A DNA stretch of 64,000 nt from contig OY282459.1 of the NCBI GenBank assembly GCA_958296285.1, forward strand, positions 258,367-322,366, in the 5' to 3' direction. Shown piece by piece: positions 57,713 to 64,000 of this stretch. Positions within the stretch are counted from its first letter, which is position 1. Every line of letters begins with the position of its first letter. Source of the stretch: an uncultured Alphaproteobacteria bacterium (lineage in GTDB: Bacteria > Pseudomonadota > Alphaproteobacteria > JAPOUT01 > G958296285). The notes under the pieces were generated by a model. That model made no database searches and was not told where the DNA came from. It saw nothing but the letters and a program-made list of their open reading frames with translations. Position numbers and translations under genes: made by a program.

Positions 57713-58203
57713 GGCGCTTCTCTCGCGCGGAAGAGGCGGGCTGTGTGTTTTTCTTCGTAATGTTGGTGGTAGTCTTCGGCGCGCCAGAATTGGGTTTTTG
57801 GTTGGATTTCTGTCGCGATGGGTTTTTGGAGGCGTCCGGAGTTTTGGAGCGCCGTCAGGGATTCGCGCGCCAGTTTATTTTGTTCTTCGGAGTGGGTGAA
57901 GATGGCGCTTCTATATTGGGTTCCGATGTTGGGGCCTTGTTTATTTTTTTGGGTTGGGTCGTGGCATGTCCAGAAAGTTTGGAGGAGGGTTTGGTAGGAG
58001 ATGGTTTGGGGGTCAAAGATGATGTGGATGGTTTCGGCGTGGCCTGTTTGTCCTGTGCAGACTTGTTCGTAGGAGGGGTTTGGGGTTGTTCCGCCTGTGT
58101 ATCCGACTTCGGTTTTGAGGATGCCTGGGATTTTGGCGAAGATGCTTTGGACTTGCCAGAAGCATCCTGCGGCGAAGCTGGCGTGTTGGGTTTGGTTGGT
58201 CAT
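57709..58203 (-). CDS. msrA: peptide-methionine (S)-S-oxide reductase MsrA
   Basis: Active-site GCFWQ (FAAGCFWQVQSIF) and downstream GYTGG..YEQVCTGQTGHAE. The start is taken at MTNQTQ (58203); the upstream ORF part is repeat sequence. Confidence 0.85.
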   Translation of the reverse strand: MTNQTQHASFAAGCFWQVQSIFAKIPGILKTEVGYTGGTTPNPSYEQVCTGQTGHAETIHIIFDPQTISYQTLLQTFWTCHDPTQKNKQGPNIGTQYRSAIFTHSEEQNKLARESLTALQNSGRLQKPIATEIQPKTQFWRAEDYHQHYEEKHTARLFRAREAP

Positions 58204-58213
58204 GGGGGGATTA

Positions 58214-58552
58214 TAGCATAGAAGTTTTGGTTTGGTTTGCTCCCGTGAAGGGGGGTCAAGGGGGGCTTGCCCCCCTTGAAAAAAGGGGGGATCGGGGGGA
58301 ATCCCCCCCGAAAGCGCGTGGGTGGGGTGGGGAAAAAGCATTTGCGAAGCGAGGTGAGCCGAGCGAGCAAATGCGACCCCACCCACGCGCCCCCTGCTCG
58401 CAAGATCTCTTGGAGGGGGGTCGGCGGGCTTTCTCGCGGGCTTGCCTACGGCTTCGCCCGCTTCGTTTCGCCACGCCCGCCGACCTTTCGGGGGTTTCCC
58501 CCGAACCCCCTTTTTTCTTGGGGGGCTAGCCCCCCAAACCCCCCTTCTTTTG
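58214..58552. repeat. palindromic repeat element, copy 8 (reverse)
   Basis: Same family. Begins with a truncated GCATAGAAG module. Intergenic msrA/ACAD. Confidence 0.85.
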
Positions 58553-58559
58553 GAGCAAC

Positions 58560-59699
58560 CTAAAAGCCCCCCAACCGCGCATAACGCGCACGATGAAACC
58601 GACCATCGCCATACAACTGAGCCTGAACCCGCGCCCGCTTCATGAATAAACCCATATCCAACTCATCCGTCATCCCCATCCCGCCATGCAACTGAACCGC
58701 CTCATTCGTAATATGACGCAAAGCCTCCGACATCCGAGCCTTCGCCAAACTCGCCATCTGCGCCACATCATCACGCCCCTCCTCCAACGCCGACAACCCA
58801 TCCCAAACAACCGAATGACCCAACTCAATCTGACAAAACATCTCCGCCGCCCGATGCTTCAAAGCCTGAAAAGACCCAATCGGCTGATCAAACTGCCGGC
58901 GCTCCTTCATATGCGCCAAAATCCTCTCAAAAAGCTCGCGCGCCGCGCCCAGCATCTCAGAAGCAAGCGCGATCCGCGAAACATCCAAAACACGCGACAA
59001 AATCTCGCCGCCCCGATCCAACTCGCCCAAAACCGAATCCTCGCCCAGCGCCACATCCTCCAACTGAATGTCCGCCATGCCGCGACTGTCCGCCATGGAA
59101 AGAGAAACACGCTCAACCCCCCTCGCGTCTGACGGAAAAAGAAAAAGCGTGATGCCCCGCTTGTCGTCTTTCTCGCCGCTCGTCCTCGCCGAAACAATGA
59201 GCCAATCCGCCGCGCCGCCGTCCGGCGCGAAGCGCTTGCGCCCCCGAAGCGTGAAGCCGCCCCGCCCCCTCCTCGCCTCGCATGAAACCGCATAAGGCGC
59301 ATGACGCGCGCCCTCGTCAAAAGCGGGGGCGAAAATTCTCTCGCCGGCGGCGATCTTCGGCAAATGCGCCTTCTTCTGCGCCTCGCTGCCAGCATGATTG
59401 ACGGCTTCCGCCGAAACGCAAGAGGTCGCGAAAAGAGGGGAGGGCGAAAGCCTCCGCCCCGCCTCCTCAAAAACCAACCCCATGCCCAGCGCGCCAAAGC
59501 CGGTGCCGCCATAATCTTCCGGAATCATCATGCCGGCGAAGCCGAGCTCCGCCATTTTCTTCCACAGATTCCCGTCAAAAGCCTCGCCCTCCCCCGCGTC
59601 CCGAAGAGCGCGCAAATGAGAGACAGGCATATGGTCTTGGAAAAACTGCGCCGCCGTTTCCCGCAGCAGCCCATGCTCCTCGCTCAATAGGAACGCCAT
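58560..59699 (-). CDS. acyl-CoA dehydrogenase family protein
   Basis: ACAD three-domain layout. Conserved ..GGMGMTDE.. C-terminal region and catalytic-base neighbourhood. Confidence 0.85.
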   Translation of the reverse strand: MAFLLSEEHGLLRETAAQFFQDHMPVSHLRALRDAGEGEAFDGNLWKKMAELGFAGMMIPEDYGGTGFGALGMGLVFEEAGRRLSPSPLFATSCVSAEAVNHAGSEAQKKAHLPKIAAGERIFAPAFDEGARHAPYAVSCEARRGRGGFTLRGRKRFAPDGGAADWLIVSARTSGEKDDKRGITLFLFPSDARGVERVSLSMADSRGMADIQLEDVALGEDSVLGELDRGGEILSRVLDVSRIALASEMLGAARELFERILAHMKERRQFDQPIGSFQALKHRAAEMFCQIELGHSVVWDGLSALEEGRDDVAQMASLAKARMSEALRHITNEAVQLHGGMGMTDELDMGLFMKRARVQAQLYGDGRFHRARYARLGGF

Positions 59700-59700
59700 G

Positions 59701-60873
59701 CTAGTCAGGAAGGCCCAGCACGCGCTTCGCTATGACATTGAGCTGAATCTCAGAGGTTCCCCCCTCAATGGAATTGCCTTTGGAGCGAAGCCAGTTTCGG
59801 GCGGTCGCCAGCTGGCTGTCGGAAAAACTCTGCCCCTCCCAGCCCAGCGCCTCCATCCCCATCATCTCCAACAGAAGCTCAAAGCGGCGCTTATTATGCT
59901 CCGCGCCAAAATATTTGAGAATGGAGGTCGCGGCAGTCGGCCCCCCCGCCTTCGCTTCCTCCTGAACGCGCCGCAGCGTCAAGCCGAAAGCGTGGCTCTC
60001 CATCTTATGCGCCGAGACGGCATCGCGCATCGCGCCGTCGGCGACAGCGCCCTTCTCCTCGCCGCAATAATCTTTCGCGACATCCTCCATCGCGCCGCCG
60101 CCCGATGTGATGATGTCGCCGCGAAAGTCCGAGATCGCGTTCCGCTCATATTGCAAGAGCCTCTTCGCCACCGTCCAGCCCTTATGGAGATCATGGACGA
60201 GATTCTCTTTCGGGACGCGGACATTGGCGAAAAAGGTCTCGCAGAAGGGGGACGCGCCGCTGATGAGGCGTATCGGTTTCGTCTCCACGCCTTTATCGTC
60301 CATATCTATCAGCAGGAAGGAAATGCCGTCATGCTTCTTGCTCTTGTCGGTGCGGACGAGGCAGAAAATCCAGTCCGCCTTGTCGGCGTAGGACGTCCAT
60401 ATTTTTTGTCCATTGACGAGATAGTGGTCGCCTTTGTCTTCGGCTTTGGTCTGCAAGCCGGCCAGATCGGATCCGGCGCCGGGCTCCGAATAGCCTTGAC
60501 ACCATCGGATCTCGCCTTTGGCGATTTTCGGGAGATGCTCTTTCTTCTGCGCCTCATTGCCGAACTCTAGGAGGACAGGCCCGAGCATCCATATTCCGAA
60601 GGAGAGGAGCGGCGGACGCGCTCGGATTCGCGCCATTTCCTGAGCGAGGATTTTCGCCTCCTCTTTCGTCAAGCCCGCGCCGCCATAGTTTTGGGGCCAG
60701 AGGGGCGCGGTGAAGCCTTTGGCGGCGGCGCGCTCCATCCAGATTTTGCTGTCCGGATTTCTCCATTCGGCGCGGCGACCGCCCCAGACCTGCTCTTCTT
60801 CGGGCATCGGGGTTCGCATGGAGGGCGGACAATTCTCCTCCAGCCAAGCCCTCACCTCCTCGCGGAACGCCAT
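59701..60873 (-). CDS. acyl-CoA dehydrogenase family protein
   Basis: ACAD N-terminal helical domain, middle beta domain (CQGYSEPGAGSDLAGLQTKAE), C-terminal helical domain. 1-nt spacing to the preceding ACAD. Confidence 0.85.
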   Translation of the reverse strand: MAFREEVRAWLEENCPPSMRTPMPEEEQVWGGRRAEWRNPDSKIWMERAAAKGFTAPLWPQNYGGAGLTKEEAKILAQEMARIRARPPLLSFGIWMLGPVLLEFGNEAQKKEHLPKIAKGEIRWCQGYSEPGAGSDLAGLQTKAEDKGDHYLVNGQKIWTSYADKADWIFCLVRTDKSKKHDGISFLLIDMDDKGVETKPIRLISGASPFCETFFANVRVPKENLVHDLHKGWTVAKRLLQYERNAISDFRGDIITSGGGAMEDVAKDYCGEEKGAVADGAMRDAVSAHKMESHAFGLTLRRVQEEAKAGGPTAATSILKYFGAEHNKRRFELLLEMMGMEALGWEGQSFSDSQLATARNWLRSKGNSIEGGTSEIQLNVIAKRVLGLPD

Positions 60874-60902
60874 GCCTCTCCCTCTTCGCTTCTCGGCGGG
60901 GC

Positions 60903-62048
60903 TTATTCGGCGGCGGCGAGGGCGTCCATAGAGAGATAGCGGTCTGACCCGCCATTGACGCCGATAAGATATTTGATGCCTTCTTCGGCGATCTCATCGC
61001 CGATCATCCGATCGCCTTCGCCGTAGAGTTCTTCCACATCCACGTAAGCCGCGTAGTTGGCGGAGGTGCGCTTCGTGATGATTCCGGCTTTGACGAGGGT
61101 CTTGACCAGCACGCGGAAGATGTTGGTGGCGTCCTGCATATCCTCGCGGATTTTGGCGTCCGTCATCGCTTCCATGAAGGCGTCCTGCACCCACTGCCAT
61201 TCCAATCCGAGCGGCTCATAGATGTGTTTTTTCTGCTCGGGGCTTGCCAGATTGTAGAGCAGGATGTGGAAGACTTCCCACGCCCAGTCTTCTATTTTGT
61301 CGCGCTCTTCCGGCGAGATATGGGGGATTGTGCGCTCCGCCCATATTTTGCCGAATTTATGGTGGAAGGCTTCATCGGTCATGACGAGCTGGCAGAGTTT
61401 GACCATGACCGGATCGTATCCGAATTTGTAGAAGGTTGCGAAGGCGCCCATGGCGAGTCCTTCCACCATCATTTGCATGCCGACCAGTTTTTTCCAGACG
61501 AGGGGCGAGGAGACCACATCTTGGAGGAGTCCGCCGAGCGCGTCTCCGATTTTCACAGGCTTGTCCCATCGTCTTTGGACATATTGCGAGAAGGCGGTGA
61601 CGTGTCTTGCTTCTTCGCGGGTTTGGTTGGCGGCGTATTCCTGCGCGCCTGGGTCTTTGAGGATGTGGCAGAGCGAGGCGGAGAGCGAGAGCGCGCCTTG
61701 CTCGCCGTGCAGGATGGAGGAGAAAGACCATCGGGCGTTATTATTGACGAGTTGGATTTTTTGGTCTTCGTTGAGTTTGTCGGCGACGGCGGTTTTCAGT
61801 TCGCCGCTGATTTCGGGGTCTACCAGATAGCCTTTTTTGAGGTCAAAGTCTGGCGAGAAGTCTATGTATTTTTTGTCCAGCGGGTCCCAGAAGTGGTCGT
61901 GGGTTGCGGCGATGATTTTGTCAAAGGCTGAGGATCGTTTGGCGTAGCGATCCACTTCAATCATGGCGGCGAAGTTATCGGGGGCGACGGCTTCGTAGGC
62001 GGCGTCGGCGTTGATTTGGTTTTGGGCGTTTGGGGTTTGGCGTGTCAT
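60903..62048 (-). CDS. ferritin-like diiron-carboxylate protein (AurF/diiron-oxygenase-like)
   Basis: Two ExxH motifs in helical context (EEARHVTAF and DEAFHHKFG) plus upstream Glu residues. 381 aa. Embedded between acyl-CoA dehydrogenase genes. Confidence 0.55.
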   Translation of the reverse strand: MTRQTPNAQNQINADAAYEAVAPDNFAAMIEVDRYAKRSSAFDKIIAATHDHFWDPLDKKYIDFSPDFDLKKGYLVDPEISGELKTAVADKLNEDQKIQLVNNNARWSFSSILHGEQGALSLSASLCHILKDPGAQEYAANQTREEARHVTAFSQYVQRRWDKPVKIGDALGGLLQDVVSSPLVWKKLVGMQMMVEGLAMGAFATFYKFGYDPVMVKLCQLVMTDEAFHHKFGKIWAERTIPHISPEERDKIEDWAWEVFHILLYNLASPEQKKHIYEPLGLEWQWVQDAFMEAMTDAKIREDMQDATNIFRVLVKTLVKAGIITKRTSANYAAYVDVEELYGEGDRMIGDEIAEEGIKYLIGVNGGSDRYLSMDALAAAE

Positions 62049-62127
62049 GGCGGGTCTCTTGGGGTTTGCGGCTTTTGGGATGGGGGGATTTTGGGGGAAT
62101 GGGGGTTAGGAGTCAAGACGCGCTCCA

Positions 62128-62432
62128 AAAAAGGGGGGTCAAGGGGGGCTTGCCCCCCTTGAGAAAGGGGGTTCGGGGGAAACCCCCGAATAGTCGGCGG
62201 GCGTGGCGAAACGAAGCGGGCGAAGCGCGACAGCGCAAGCCCGCGAGAAAGCCCGCCGACCCCCCTCCAAGAGCTCTTCTAGCAGGGGGCGCGTGGGTGG
62301 GTCGCATTTGCTCGCTTCGCGTTGCTTCGCTCGCAAATGCTTTTTTCCCACCCACCCACGCGCTTTCGGGGGGGATTCCCCCCCGATCCCCCTCTTTTTT
62401 TGGGGGGCTAGCCCCCCAAACCCCCCTTTACG
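62128..62432. repeat. palindromic repeat element, copy 9 (forward)
   Basis: Same family. Intergenic diiron gene/ACAD. Confidence 0.85.
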
Positions 62433-62439
62433 GGAGCCG

Positions 62440-63591
62440 CTAATCCCCCCCGCGCCCCAAAAGAGAATCCGAAACAATCCGCAGCATAATCTCCGACGAC
62501 CCCTCAAAAATCTTCGTCAACCGAGAATCCCGCCAATAACGCTCCACACTATGCAAAGTCGTATAACCCGCGCCCCCCAAAATCTGCAACGCCTCAGACG
62601 AAACCCGCTCCGCCATCTCAGACGCCACATATTTCGCCCGCGCCGCCATCACCGCCATATCACCGCCCCCATCCATCGCCGCGCAAGTCTCATAAAGAAG
62701 CGCCCGCGCCGCGGCAACCTCGCTGGACATCTTCGCAAGCTTAAACCGTATCGCCTGAAAAGACCCAATAGGCCTCCCAAACTGCTCGCGCGCCTGCGCA
62801 TACGCCAACGCATCCTCCAACGCGCCCCGCGCCAAGCCAATCGCGCGCGCCGCCGTATGCGCCCGCATGACGGCAAAATCCTCCGCCAAACTATAAAAAG
62901 CGCGACCCTCCTCGCCAGCATTCTCATAAGAGGTTCGCGCCCCGTCAAAACGAAGCTCCCACGTCTTCCAGCCAAAATAGCCGATCTTCGGAATAGGCTC
63001 GCCAGTCAAGCCCTCAGGAAACCCGCCCCTCTCCTTCTCCAGCGAAATCCCCGTCAGCCCCAAATGACGCCGCCCCGCCTCGCCCGCGCCAGTCCGCGCG
63101 ATGACATAAATAAAGTCGGCGCGATCAGCGAAAGTGCACCAATATTTGTTTCCAGTGATGACCCACTCCGCGCCCTCGCGCTTGGCGCGGCACTCTATGC
63201 CCGCCACATCCGATCCCGCCTGAGGCTCGGAGATGGCGTAAGCGCCCAGATATTCCCCGCGCGCCATGGCTTTGACGCGCTCTTCGCGCCGCGCCTTGTC
63301 TCCGGGGACGCGCTTATAAAAACCGTTTCCCCGCGCCAGCAAACTGCCCACGCTCATCCAGCCGCGCGACAACGCCTCGGCGACAAGACAATATTCATAA
63401 ACGCCCAGCCCCATCCCGCCCATCTCTTTCGGGATAAGAATGCCGAAAAAGCCAAGCGCCCCCATCTTCTCAATGAGAGAGTCGGGAATGTCGCCTTTTT
63501 CCGAATCCAGCCTGTCGGCGAGAGGCAGAACCTCGCGGCGCGTGAAATCCTCCGCCGTTTCCTGAATGAGACGGCGCTCTTCGGTCATCAT
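62440..63591 (-). CDS. acyl-CoA dehydrogenase family protein
   Basis: ACAD domains (..YAISEPQAGSDVAGIECRAKREGAEWVITGNKYW..). 4-nt overlap with the upstream MaoC gene. Confidence 0.85.
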   Translation of the reverse strand: MMTEERRLIQETAEDFTRREVLPLADRLDSEKGDIPDSLIEKMGALGFFGILIPKEMGGMGLGVYEYCLVAEALSRGWMSVGSLLARGNGFYKRVPGDKARREERVKAMARGEYLGAYAISEPQAGSDVAGIECRAKREGAEWVITGNKYWCTFADRADFIYVIARTGAGEAGRRHLGLTGISLEKERGGFPEGLTGEPIPKIGYFGWKTWELRFDGARTSYENAGEEGRAFYSLAEDFAVMRAHTAARAIGLARGALEDALAYAQAREQFGRPIGSFQAIRFKLAKMSSEVAAARALLYETCAAMDGGGDMAVMAARAKYVASEMAERVSSEALQILGGAGYTTLHSVERYWRDSRLTKIFEGSSEIMLRIVSDSLLGRGGD

Positions 63592-64000
63592 CGGGGCGTC
63601 TCCGCGTCAAGACGCTCCGCATCAAGATGCTCCGCCGCGCGCCCGCCGCGCTTTCGGATCAGCGCGCGGCGCTCCACTTCCAACACGAGCGCGCCGTCTT
63701 GGTTGAATCCCCAATGGCGGAAGAGGACTTCGCCGGCGTTTTTTGTTTCAAAGGGTCGGCATTCCAAGATTTCGCTGGCGGCGTAAAGCGTGTCGCCGTG
63801 AAAGACGGGATGGTTGAGGCGCATTTTGTCCAGACTCAGTTCGGCGATCGCTTGCGCGGCGCAATCTTGGGATGCCAAGCCCAGCACGACCGACAGAGTC
63901 GCGCCGCCGAAGACGAGCCGTCTTTTGTTGGGTTCGGAGGCGGCGAAGTCTTTATTGAAATGGACTTGCGCCGTGTTGAGGGTCATATGGGTCAGGAGGT
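63588..64000 (-). CDS. MaoC-like (R)-specific enoyl-CoA hydratase / hot-dog dehydratase (N-terminus may extend beyond the window edge)
   Basis: Hot-dog fold signature ...LNHPVFHGDTLYAASEILECRP. C-terminal ERLDA units come from the 15-bp tandem repeat. Confidence 0.65.
   Translation of the reverse strand, partial: LLTHMTLNTAQVHFNKDFAASEPNKRRLVFGGATLSVVLGLASQDCAAQAIAELSLDKMRLNHPVFHGDTLYAASEILECRPFETKNAGEVLFRHWGFNQDGALVLEVERRALIRKRGGRAAEHLDAERLDAETPR

Noticed and set aside
16720-62432. Could the nine repeats be a CRISPR array or several arrays?
   Set aside because: They are 300-400 bp long, internally palindromic and dispersed 0.4-17 kb apart in intergenic regions. There are no short regularly spaced direct repeats with unique spacers and no cas genes in the window.

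Overview
This 64 kb window is a high-GC (about 62-65%) chromosomal segment with clear alphaproteobacterial hallmarks. It is mostly housekeeping genes in a conserved order. From left to right: miaB' - phoH - ybeY - corC, queG, a long-form dCTP deaminase, a SurA-like/HupE/radical-SAM operon, a DUF3604 protein, and tRNA-Gly(CCC). Then an ALDH/TPP-enzyme operon, a GT2 + sterol-desaturase-family pair, pyrD, an esterase, comF, the divergent pair ubiG<>lysC, and ptsP-ispG-prfA-prmC-DUF4167-clpB. Then an M23 peptidase, ubiA, gshA, rpoH-rluD, tRNA-Glu(CUC), a TonB-dependent receptor, an HpnN-like RND/MMPL transporter with an HpnM/MlaC-like partner, cysQ, the convergent pair chpT><ctrA, mnmA, a SAM-methyltransferase and tRNA-Met(CAT). 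The window ends with a Zn-ADH, msrA, and a cluster of three acyl-CoA dehydrogenases + a ferritin-like diiron protein + a MaoC dehydratase.

The most unusual content is not a protein system. It is a family of nine ~310-400 bp intergenic palindromic repeat elements, all intergenic. They are G6/C6-run rich, MITE-like, and no transposase is present.

At every copy the flanking DNA shows a sharp switch in strand composition. The + strand is G+T-rich (A/C-poor) for 0.3-1.2 kb to the left and C+A-rich (G/T-poor) for 0.5-2.5 kb to the right. This holds regardless of gene orientation and of element orientation. It distorts the amino-acid composition of essential proteins (PrfA, ClpB C-terminus, PrmC, PyrD, RluD, MsrA, ComF). 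It depletes stop codons on both strands, producing long antisense ORFs and C-terminal extensions. It may have destroyed the ATG of the TonB-receptor gene.

A second notable locus is a low-GC (~42-46%) islet of about 3.7 kb inserted directly 3' of tRNA-Met. It carries an AIPR-family abortive-infection-like protein, a membrane ICMT-family methyltransferase and a small HEPN-like (Rx4HGG) protein, with no integrase. This is a candidate compact anti-phage islet with an unusual membrane methyltransferase partner.

The window also contains in-frame 15-bp tandem mini-repeats with a palindromic GCGTCAAGACGC core inside three unrelated genes. There are many low-complexity insertions in otherwise conserved proteins. 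Gene starts are uncertain in many places, because the GC content and skew create long false ORFs. All calls rest on motif recognition by eye; no database search was possible.
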